Assembly (NCBI GenBank): GCA_035304085.1
Contig: DATGQT010000028.1
Span: forward strand, 1-50,962
Direction: 5' to 3'
Source of the DNA: Rubricoccaceae bacterium
GTDB lineage: Bacteria > Bacteroidota > Rhodothermia > Rhodothermales > Rubricoccaceae
DNA length: 50,962 nucleotides
Shown here: positions 43,889 to 50,962 of the stretch, in pieces
How the letters are laid out: each line of letters starts with the position of its first letter
Position numbering within the stretch: the stretch's first letter is position 1
Made by a program: the position numbers and the translations under genes
The notes under the pieces: model-generated
Database searches by the model: none
Seen by the model: only the letters and a program-made list of their open reading frames with translations
What the model was told of the DNA's origin: nothing

Positions 43889-44914
43889 GTGACCGCCCCC
43901 GAGCAGTCCGCCCGCGAGGCCGGACTCGTCTACGTCTCCGACGCCGCCCCCGGCCTCCGGCGCGTCCGCCGCGGCCGGGGCTTCGAATACCTCGCCCCCG
44001 ACGGCGGCCCCGTCTCGGGCGCGGAGCGCGCGCGGATCGAGGCGCTCGTCCTCCCGCCGGCGTGGGAGGACGTGTGGATCTGCCCCGACCCCCGCGGCCA
44101 CCTCCAGGCCACCGGCCGCGACGAGCGGGGCCGCAAGCAGTACCGCTACCACCCCGACTGGGCCGCGCACCGGAACCGGCTGAAGTACGACCGGATGGTC
44201 CCCTTCGGCGAGGCGCTCCCCGGCCTCCGCGCCCGCGTCGAGGAGGACCTCGGCCGCCCCGGCCTCGACCGCGCCCGCGTCGTCGCCCTGGCCGTCCGCC
44301 TCCTCGACGAGACGCTCATCCGCATCGGCAACCCGGAGTACGCCGAGGACAACGCCTCCTACGGCCTCACCACGCTCCGCGACCGCCACGTCGCCTTCGA
44401 CGGCGCGGAGGTGCGGTTCTCCTTCGTCGGCAAGAGCGGGAAGGAGCACGCGGTGGCGCTGAAGGACCGGAGGCTGGCCCGCCTCGTCCGCGCCTGCCGC
44501 GACATCCCCGGCCACACCCTCTTCCAGTACTACGCCGGGGAGGGGAAGAGCGCCATCGGCTCCGGCGACGTCAACGCGTACCTCCGCGAGACGACGGGGG
44601 AGGACTTCTCGGCCAAGGACTTCCGGACGTGGGGCGGGACGGTCCTCGCGGCGAAGGCGCTGCGCGCCTGCGGCGAGGCCGAGGACGAGCGGGCGTGCGA
44701 GCGGGCCGTCGTGCAGGCGATCCGTGAGGTCGCCGCCGGCCTCGGCAACACCGTCGCCGTGTGCCGGAAGTACTACGTCCACCCCGGCATCCTCGACGCC
44801 TACCGCGAGGGCACGCTCCTCGAGCACATGAGGCGCCGCCACGCCGGCAACACGCCGGCCTTCATGGCGCCCGAGGAGGCCGCCGTGCTCGCCCTGCTCA
44901 GGGCGCGGAGCTAG
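43889..44914 (+). CDS. DNA topoisomerase IB (poxvirus-like bacterial type)
   Basis: [42 protein letters not shown], Fx[18 protein letters not shown], and the active-site region CRKYYVHP (catalytic Tyr). Confidence 0.88.
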   Translation: MTAPEQSAREAGLVYVSDAAPGLRRVRRGRGFEYLAPDGGPVSGAERARIEALVLPPAWEDVWICPDPRGHLQATGRDERGRKQYRYHPDWAAHRNRLKYDRMVPFGEALPGLRARVEEDLGRPGLDRARVVALAVRLLDETLIRIGNPEYAEDNASYGLTTLRDRHVAFDGAEVRFSFVGKSGKEHAVALKDRRLARLVRACRDIPGHTLFQYYAGEGKSAIGSGDVNAYLRETTGEDFSAKDFRTWGGTVLAAKALRACGEAEDERACERAVVQAIREVAAGLGNTVAVCRKYYVHPGILDAYREGTLLEHMRRRHAGNTPAFMAPEEAAVLALLRARS

Positions 44915-45254
44915 ACGCCGTCGGGTGCGGCTCCTCGTGCACGTGCGGCTCCGGGCGGGGCTCGCCGAACCAGCGCGGGGGGTCGTAGCCGTGGCCGCCC
45001 CACGGGTGGCAGCGGAGCACGCGCCAAACCGCCAGCACCGTCCCCCGCACGGCGCCGTACTTCTGGAGCGCCTGCACGGCGTACTGCGAGCACGTCGGCG
45101 TGTACCGGCACGAGGGGGGGAGGACGGGGGAGAGGGCGAGCTGGTAGAGCCGGACGAGCCCTATGAGCCCCAGCCGGGGCAGCCGCCACACGGCCCGCCC
45201 GGCGGCGGCGAGGCCGCCGGCGAAGCGGGAGGGAGGGGGGGAGGTCGCGTTCAT
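44898..45254 (-). CDS. yidD: Membrane protein insertion efficiency factor YidD
   Basis: [30 protein letters not shown]...[21 protein letters not shown]. The start at ATG 45254 is uncertain. The 3' end overlaps the topoisomerase gene by 17 nt (convergent). Confidence 0.8.
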   Translation of the reverse strand: MNATSPPPSRFAGGLAAAGRAVWRLPRLGLIGLVRLYQLALSPVLPPSCRYTPTCSQYAVQALQKYGAVRGTVLAVWRVLRCHPWGGHGYDPPRWFGEPRPEPHVHEEPHPTASSSAP

Positions 45255-45300
45255 GGCTCGTGCTACGCCAGCAGGGGCGACGGCGTTCGCGCCGCCGCGG

Positions 45301-45411
45301 CCACCGGGGTGGGTCGTGCTATCGAACTGGCTCGGGCGCATGGTCGGAGAAGGGGTATCATGCTCTCCTTCCACCCCCTCCACCCTCCCCACCCTTTCCA
45401 CCCTCCATCCC
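45301..45411. repeat. Element E13 (word CCACCCT, pyrimidine tract)
   Basis: CTCTCCTTCCACCCCCTCCACCCTCCCCACCCTTTCCACCCTCCATCCCTC lies at 45363-45413. Upstream purine partners are GGGGTGGG (45307-45314) and GGAGAAGGGG (45346-45355). Confidence 0.55.
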
Positions 45412-46071
45412 TCAGTCGCCTGCGACGAAGAAGACGATCTGCCAGCGGCCGTCGCGCTTCTCGAAGCCGGCGCGGAAGCCGAGCGGGCTCCAGAGGTACT
45501 CGCCCGCCACGTACCCCTCCCGCCCGTCCGCCAGCCGCACGCGGTGCCACAGCCGCGCCCCGGGGTCCTCGCTGTACCCCCACTCCACGACGGGCACGAC
45601 GACGTAGGTCAGGCGCGCGATGGCCTCGGCCGAGGGCGAAGGCGCCGCGCGGACGGTCACGTTCTCGCCCACGATGGCGCCGTGCGTGAACGCGTCGAGG
45701 TCGCCGGGCGGGCCGTCGTAGGTGTAGGGCGCCGTGACCACGCCCTCCGGCCCCCACACGCTCCCCATGCCGACGACGCGGGCGAGGGTCTGCCAGAGCG
45801 TGAGGCCGTCGTAGCGGGGGCCGCTGAGCCAGACGGCGCGGACGCCCTCGGGGCCGGGCGGCTCGGCGCCGAAGGAGACCGTCGCGTCCGGGGCGAAGGC
45901 GCCGAGGACGGCGGCGGTGTCGCGCGCGGCCAGCGCCTCGATGAGCCGGCCGCGGAACGTGATGAACGAGGGGTCCTCCGCGCCGTCGTCGCGCGGCGCG
46001 AGGGGGGCGACCTGCGCGGCGGCCGGGACCACGGCGACGAGGAGGGCGAGCGGGAGGAGACGGGGGGCCAT
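45412..46071 (-). CDS. Secreted protein with a bacterial SH3-like domain
   Basis: Start at ATG 46071 with a signal peptide ([16 protein letters not shown]). The SH3b-like region is [18 protein letters not shown]....[19 protein letters not shown]. Confidence 0.6.
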   Translation of the reverse strand: MAPRLLPLALLVAVVPAAAQVAPLAPRDDGAEDPSFITFRGRLIEALAARDTAAVLGAFAPDATVSFGAEPPGPEGVRAVWLSGPRYDGLTLWQTLARVVGMGSVWGPEGVVTAPYTYDGPPGDLDAFTHGAIVGENVTVRAAPSPSAEAIARLTYVVVPVVEWGYSEDPGARLWHRVRLADGREGYVAGEYLWSPLGFRAGFEKRDGRWQIVFFVAGD

Positions 46072-46428
46072 GCCGGAACATAAGGTCCGGCGTCCGAACG
46101 GGCGAGCCGCCCGCCCGGTGGCCCTTCCCGGCGATGCTCCGAGCGTGCTCATGCGTTCGCTTCGGCCATCGCGGGCCAGACGGCGCGCGGTAATTTCCTC
46201 CGAGTGGGGGATTGTGCGTTCGGTGTTCGACGGCGATACTGCGTCGCCGCGCGGGCCGTCGCGGACCGCGGCGGGCGGCATCGAGGCGCAGCGCCGGGTC
46301 ACTTCCCGAAAAGCCGACGGGGAGGGGCGTACGTGCCGCGTTCATACTGAAGTGGACGACGGGCCGTTAAGGCCCCGACTCGTCCGCGCTCCCGCTCCGC
46401 GACGTCCCGCTCCACCGCAGTTCCCTTT

Positions 46429-48513
46429 ATGCCTCGCGTCCCGTCCTTCGCGCCCGCCGCGCGCCTCGGCGCCCTCGTGTTGCTCGGCGCCCTCGCCGCC
46501 GCTCCCCCCGCCCTCGCGCAGAACGGCACGCCCGCCCGGCGCGCCCTCGTCATCGCCATCGCGGACTACCCGCAGGCGCGCGTCCCCGGCCGCCTCTCCT
46601 ACGCCCGCCTCTCCGGCCCCATCAACGACGCCGACTCCCTCGTCGTCCCGGCCCTCCGCCGGCAGGGCTTCGAGGTCGAGACGCTCTACGACGGCGAGGC
46701 CACGCGCGACGGGATGCTCGCCGCGCTCGACCGCCTCGCGCAGGCGGCGCGGCCGGGCGACCTCATCTTCATCCACTACTCCGGCCACGGCCACCAGGTC
46801 ACCGACGCCTCCGGCGACGAGCCCGACGGCTACGACGAGGTGCTCGTCCCCTACGACGCCCCCCGCGAGCCCGGTGACGGGTACCACGGCGAGCGCCACG
46901 TCACCGACGACGAACTCGGCGCCGTCGTGGCCGACCTCCGGCGGCGCGTCTACCCCGGCGGCGAGGTCGTCGTGTCGTTCGACGCGTGCCACTCCGGCTC
47001 GGCCACGCGCGGCGAGATGCCCACGCGCACGGGCGGGCCGCCCATCGGGCCGCCCGGCCCCGGCGCGGCCGGCACGCGCGGCGGCGCCGAGGCCGGCGTG
47101 GCCGCCCTCGACGCCCCCGCCGCCGGCACCCGCGGCGACGGCGACGAGGCGCTCGCGCCCTACATCTTCTTCGCCGCCGCCGCGCACGACGAGCTCGACC
47201 ACGAGATGTACCAGCCGAACCGGCAGCCGCGCATGGCCGTCGGCCCGCTCTCGTACGCCCTCTCGGTCACGCTCTCGCAGCTCGGCGAGGGGGAGACGTA
47301 CCGCCGCCTCTTCGAGCGGATGGCGGCCGAGTTCACCGCCGCCGGGCTGAACCAGCAGACGCCCCAGGCCGAGGGCGACCTCGACACCGAGGTCTTCAGC
47401 GGGCGCGCCGTCGTCCAGCAGCCCTACGTCACCGTGACGGGCTACGACCCGGCCACGCGCGAGGTCTACGTCGGGAGCGGGCTGCTCCAGGGGCTCACGG
47501 AGGGCTCGCGCGTCGCCTTCTTCCCCGCCGGGACCGGCCGGCCGGAGGGGGCGCCGCTGGCCGAGGGCGCCGTCACGTACACGGCCGCCTACGACGCCGC
47601 CGTCACGCTCGACGCCGCCTACGACGGCGCCCTCGCCGACACGTGGGGCTTCGTCACGCGCCAGGCGCTCGGCGACGTCCGCGTGCCCGTCTCCATCGCC
47701 GACGGCGTGGCCGAGGCCGCCGCGCTGCGCAGCGCCCTCGGTGGCGTCGGCATCCTCACGGTGGTGGACGCCGCGGGTGCGCCGGCCGACCGCGTCGAGG
47801 TGCGGGCCGAGGGGGGCGGGCTGGCGCTCGTGCAGGTGGCCGACGGCGCCGTGCTCCACCGGCTCCCCGGCGGCGAGGCCGGCGCCCGCGCCGCCGCCGA
47901 GCGCCTCGGCGCCTACGCCCGCGCCCGCTACCTCCAGCGCCTCGCCCTCGACGACCCCGACCTCCGCCTCCACGTCGAGGTGCTCCCGGCCCAGTTCAAC
48001 GTGGTCACGCGCGGCAGCCGCGTCACGTGCTCGGCCGACGAGGCCGCCGTCGCGCGGGGGGCCGCCGCCCGCGACGCCGCGCGCCCGCCCAACGCCTTCA
48101 CCGTCGGCGAGCACTACGCCCTCCGCGTGACCAACACGGGCGTGCACGAGGCCTACTTCACCGTCGTCAGCATCCGCCCCGACGGCGAGATGACGCAGCT
48201 CTACCCGCTCCCGGGGGCCACCGACAACGCCCTCGCCCCCGGCGCGTCGTTCCTCCTCCCGAACTGCTACGTCGCCAGCGCGCCGGCCGGGCCGGACGTC
48301 CTCAAGGTGTTCGCCACCGACGCCCCGCTCGACCTCACGCTCCTCATCCAGGGGCCGCAGGTGACGCGCGGCGAGCGCGGCCTCCTCGACGACCTCTTCG
48401 AGGACGTCTACCTGGACCCGGCGGAGATGGAGGAGGCCACACGCTCGGGCACCCTCGGCGCCCCCCCCCGCATGGCTACCACGACCGAGGTCGTCCTCCA
48501 CGTCGAGGAGTGA
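46429..48513 (+). CDS. Sec-signal caspase-family (peptidase C14) protein with a DUF4384-like C-terminal region
   Basis: Signal peptide. The caspase fold is RRALVIAIADYP...LIFIHYSGHGHQ (catalytic His)...VVSFDACHSGSATRG (catalytic Cys). The C-terminal beta-domain YALRVTNTGVHEAYFTVVSIRPDGEMTQLYP...VLKVFAT recalls DUF4384. Confidence 0.8.
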   Translation: MPRVPSFAPAARLGALVLLGALAAAPPALAQNGTPARRALVIAIADYPQARVPGRLSYARLSGPINDADSLVVPALRRQGFEVETLYDGEATRDGMLAALDRLAQAARPGDLIFIHYSGHGHQVTDASGDEPDGYDEVLVPYDAPREPGDGYHGERHVTDDELGAVVADLRRRVYPGGEVVVSFDACHSGSATRGEMPTRTGGPPIGPPGPGAAGTRGGAEAGVAALDAPAAGTRGDGDEALAPYIFFAAAAHDELDHEMYQPNRQPRMAVGPLSYALSVTLSQLGEGETYRRLFERMAAEFTAAGLNQQTPQAEGDLDTEVFSGRAVVQQPYVTVTGYDPATREVYVGSGLLQGLTEGSRVAFFPAGTGRPEGAPLAEGAVTYTAAYDAAVTLDAAYDGALADTWGFVTRQALGDVRVPVSIADGVAEAAALRSALGGVGILTVVDAAGAPADRVEVRAEGGGLALVQVADGAVLHRLPGGEAGARAAAERLGAYARARYLQRLALDDPDLRLHVEVLPAQFNVVTRGSRVTCSADEAAVARGAAARDAARPPNAFTVGEHYALRVTNTGVHEAYFTVVSIRPDGEMTQLYPLPGATDNALAPGASFLLPNCYVASAPAGPDVLKVFATDAPLDLTLLIQGPQVTRGERGLLDDLFEDVYLDPAEMEEATRSGTLGAPPRMATTTEVVLHVEE

Positions 48514-48590
48514 TCGCGTGACGCGTGGCTGCGTGAGGGCTCCCGCGCGCCCGATCACGCTCCACGCCGTCACGGGCTCCACGTAGTCCC
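48512..48590. repeat. Word-hairpin element E14 (word CGTGA)
   Basis: GATCGCGTGACGCGTGGCTGCGTGAGGG is answered by CCCGATCACGCTCCACGCCGTCACGGG. CGTGACGCGTGG pairs with CCACGCCGTCACG (one bulge). Confidence 0.55.
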
Positions 48591-48614
48591 TTCCCCACCG
48601 CAACCGCGAACCCC

Positions 48615-49958
48615 ATGCGTACCTCCCCCTTCCTCCTCCTGGCCGCGCTCCTCGCGCTGCCCGCGGCGGCCCAGCCCGCGGCGACGCAGGCCGCCGGCGC
48701 CGCGGCGGCCCATACGCTCGACGCCGGCGACGTCGTCTTCGGCCAGGTCACCACGAGCCACCCGTTCATCGACGACCAGGGCGCCCGCCTCCACTACGAG
48801 GTCTACGCCTACGAGGCGCAGGCGAACGAGCGCGTCACGTTCTCCGCCCGCTCCCTCGACTTCATCCCCGGCGTCGTCGTCCTCGACGGGCCCGGCCTCA
48901 ACCCGGAGTACCCCAACATGGAGGTCTCGGCCGACGGGCAGGCCGCCAGCATGGACTTCTACGCGCCCCAGATGGGCACGTACCACTTCGGCGTCGTCGT
49001 CGTCGAGCCCGACGGGAACAAGCGGAGCGGCCCGTGGACGTTCCAGGCCCGCCTCGACGCCCGCCCGCCGATGGACTACGCCGCCGCCTACCCCGGCGGG
49101 GGCGACCCCTCCGAGCGCTACGCCCTCCTCGTCGGCGTCAACGACTACCCCGCCATCGACGCCGACCTCAACGGGACCGTCAACGACGTGATGAAGGTGC
49201 GGCAGGTGCTCATCGAGCGGTACGGGTTCCGCCCGGAGAACATCGTCGTGCTCACGAACGCCGACGCGACGCGGGACCACGTCATCGAGGCGTTCCGCCG
49301 CCACCTCGGCCAGGCCGGCCCCTCGGGCTCGGCGGTCTTCTACTATTCCGGCCACGGCACCCAGATCCCCGACGGCTACGCCGGCTACGACGCCTCCGAC
49401 GAGGAGGACAAGGCCGACGAGGCGCTCGTGCTCTGGGGCACCGGCGGCAACTTCGGCTTCCTCATCGACGAGGAGCTCGGCGGCCTCGCCGACAACCTCG
49501 CCGCCGGCCACCGCCTCCTCATCCTCGACAACTGCCACTCCGGCACCGGCACCCGCGACGGCGAGGAGCAGCTCCACGCCATCCGCTACCTCGACGTCGA
49601 GGCGCCGGGCATCCGCGAGCACGCGCAGGTCCCGGACCAGCTCATCGCCGAGGCCGACGACGCGGCCGGCCCGGCGGGGCACGTCCTCCTCGCCGCCGCC
49701 CGATCGGACCAGTACTCCATCGAGGCCAGCGGGATGAGCGAGAACGGCGAGAGCGGGGGGATCTTCACGTACTACCTCGTCAACGCGCTCAAGACGGCCG
49801 ACCCCGACGAGCCGCTCTCGGCGCTGATGGAGCGCGTCCGCGCCGACGTGATGCGGACGACGGAGGCGCTGAAGTACCCCGAGCAGCCGGAGGGGCAGGA
49901 GCCGCAGGCGGAGGGCACCCGTGTCGGGGAGCCCATCCGCGCCTTCCTGATGCGGTAG
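48615..49958 (+). CDS. Sec-signal caspase-family (peptidase C14) protein with an N-terminal beta-rich domain
   Basis: Signal peptide (LLLAALLALPAAAQ). The caspase core is RYALLVGVNDYP...VFYYSGHGTQ (His)...LLILDNCHSGTGTR (Cys). Confidence 0.8.
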   Translation: MRTSPFLLLAALLALPAAAQPAATQAAGAAAAHTLDAGDVVFGQVTTSHPFIDDQGARLHYEVYAYEAQANERVTFSARSLDFIPGVVVLDGPGLNPEYPNMEVSADGQAASMDFYAPQMGTYHFGVVVVEPDGNKRSGPWTFQARLDARPPMDYAAAYPGGGDPSERYALLVGVNDYPAIDADLNGTVNDVMKVRQVLIERYGFRPENIVVLTNADATRDHVIEAFRRHLGQAGPSGSAVFYYSGHGTQIPDGYAGYDASDEEDKADEALVLWGTGGNFGFLIDEELGGLADNLAAGHRLLILDNCHSGTGTRDGEEQLHAIRYLDVEAPGIREHAQVPDQLIAEADDAAGPAGHVLLAAARSDQYSIEASGMSENGESGGIFTYYLVNALKTADPDEPLSALMERVRADVMRTTEALKYPEQPEGQEPQAEGTRVGEPIRAFLMR

Positions 49959-49985
49959 GGCTGCGGGGACGGATCGCGAAAGCGA

Positions 49986-50020
49986 GGAGCCGGTGGGCGT
50001 GCGTTGCGCCCACCGGCTCC
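49986..50020 (+). terminator. Hairpin terminator after the caspase pair
   Basis: Perfect 14-bp stem GGAGCCGGTGGGCG / CGCCCACCGGCTCC with a 7-nt loop. The 3' tail is not U-rich. Confidence 0.5.
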
Positions 50021-50232
50021 GTCGTTCCTGGTCTCCGGCTTGGTGGCCGCTCAGCCGTCGAGCCGCTTGAGGAACTGGACGACGCGGACCGTCTCGCGGA
50101 AGCCGAGCGCGGAGGGGGCGGGTCGTCACGGGCGCCGGGGGGGCGGAAGAGGACTGCCCGAAGTCCACGGCCGGTGCGTACTTTTTAGCACCCCCCGCCG
50201 TTCAGGCCCTCCCCAAGCAGCCCCGCACTCCC

Positions 50233-50962
50233 ATGCATCGCTCCCTACGCCCCCTGCTCCCCGCCCTCTTCGCGCTGTGGCTGGTGCTCCCGGCCTCGGC
50301 GCAGGTGCGCCCGCGCCTCACGCTCGAGAAGCTCTTCGCCTCGCAGGAGTTCTCGAGCAGCTACTTCCGCGGCGGCAACTGGGCCGAGGAGGGGCCCGTC
50401 CTCCTCTACGTCGAGGCCGACGACGAGACCGGCGCGACGAGCCTCGTCGAGTGGAACCTCGAGACCGACGAGCGGCGCACGCTCATCGACGGGGCGGGCC
50501 TGGAGAAGCCCGACGCCGGCGGCGGCCTCATCGAGATCGAGGACTACCAGTACAGCCGCGACGGCTCCCGCGTCCTCCTCTACACCGACTCCGAGCGCGT
50601 CTGGCGCCTCAACACGAAGGGGTATTACTACGTCTTCGACGTCGAGGCCGGCACGATCACGCCCGTCTCCGACCGCGACGCCGGCTTCCAGATGTTCGCC
50701 AAGTTCAACCCGGACGCGACGCAGGTCGCCTTCGTCCGCGACCGCGACCTCTTCGTGGTGGACCTCGCGACGGGCGCCGAGCGGCAGCTGACGGACTCCG
50801 GCTCCGAGGGCGGCATCATCAACGGCACGTTCGACTGGGTCTACGAGGAGGAGTTCGGCCTCCGCGACGGGTTCCGCTGGAGCCCCGACGGCCGCCGCAT
50901 CGCCTTCTTCCAGCTCGACGAGTCGGCCACGCGGGACTTCGCGATCACGGACTACCGCGACC
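50233..50962 (+). CDS. Dipeptidyl-peptidase IV (S9B) family protein, N-terminal propeller part (truncated by the window end)
   Basis: ATG 50233 with a signal peptide. It contains the DPP-IV N-terminal signature GTFDWVYEEEFGLRDGFRWSPDGRRIAFFQLDES. The frame is open to the last base. Confidence 0.85.
   Translation, partial: MHRSLRPLLPALFALWLVLPASAQVRPRLTLEKLFASQEFSSSYFRGGNWAEEGPVLLYVEADDETGATSLVEWNLETDERRTLIDGAGLEKPDAGGGLIEIEDYQYSRDGSRVLLYTDSERVWRLNTKGYYYVFDVEAGTITPVSDRDAGFQMFAKFNPDATQVAFVRDRDLFVVDLATGAERQLTDSGSEGGIINGTFDWVYEEEFGLRDGFRWSPDGRRIAFFQLDESATRDFAITDYRD

Noticed and set aside
50051-50113. The minus-strand fragment reading ...SALGFRETVRVVQFLKRLDG-stop looks like the C-terminus of a GNAT acetyltransferase and may be a pseudogene remnant.
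   Set aside because: Only about 20 codons are recognisable, and upstream codons (RDDPPP) are not GNAT-like. It is too short to support as a feature.

Overview
High-GC bacterial chromosomal segment, roughly 70% GC by eye and not computed. It most likely comes from a Bacteroidota/Rhodothermota-type organism: several proteins end in T9SS-type C-terminal sorting domains, there are DUF4293- and DUF4837-like genes, and there is an ExbB-ExbD-ExbD cluster. I call 46 protein genes. No rRNA, tRNA, CRISPR array, transposase or integrase was seen.

Gene content, left to right:
- 50-5942 (-): complete phosphate-uptake operon, porin-pstS-pstC-pstA-pstB-phoU.
- 6327-13160: S41 tail-specific protease, exbB-exbD-exbD, an NAD-type isocitrate/isopropylmalate dehydrogenase, DUF4293 and EamA membrane proteins.
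- 13225-17418: GT2 glycosyltransferase, a lipoprotein, recQ.
- 17569-29147: six consecutive T9SS-cargo genes. These are an HEXXH metalloprotease with a beta-helix, a BNR/Asp-box propeller, and four tandem choice-of-anchor-B/LVIVD-like propeller paralogs.
- 29262-34814 (-): asparaginase-N-domain protein, lipoproteins, a stand-alone AtuA-C-terminal-like protein, GNAT, trpF, trpG, trpS.
- 35463-45254: two tandem YcbB-type L,D-transpeptidases, terC, an HhH-GPD protein, cysS, sufE, bacterial topoisomerase IB, yidD.
- 45412-50962: SH3 protein, two Sec-signal caspase-like (C14) proteases and a partial DPP-IV.

Most unusual observation: nearly every short gap between genes holds a 65-160 bp, lower-GC element with one shared architecture. 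Each is a run of a degenerate 6-12 nt word, a spacer, then the reverse complement of that word run, and the word differs from locus to locus. This includes all five intercistronic gaps of the pst operon.
- Two copies are pure heptamer arrays, (GGTCAGT/GGTCCGT)x13 and (GGTCCGT)x8, that share a conserved core and abut start codons.
- Some elements have been absorbed into reading frames, giving a TrpG C-terminal tail and a lipoprotein N-terminus.

The many very long Arg/Pro/Gly-rich ORFs in the track are high-GC artefacts and are not called.
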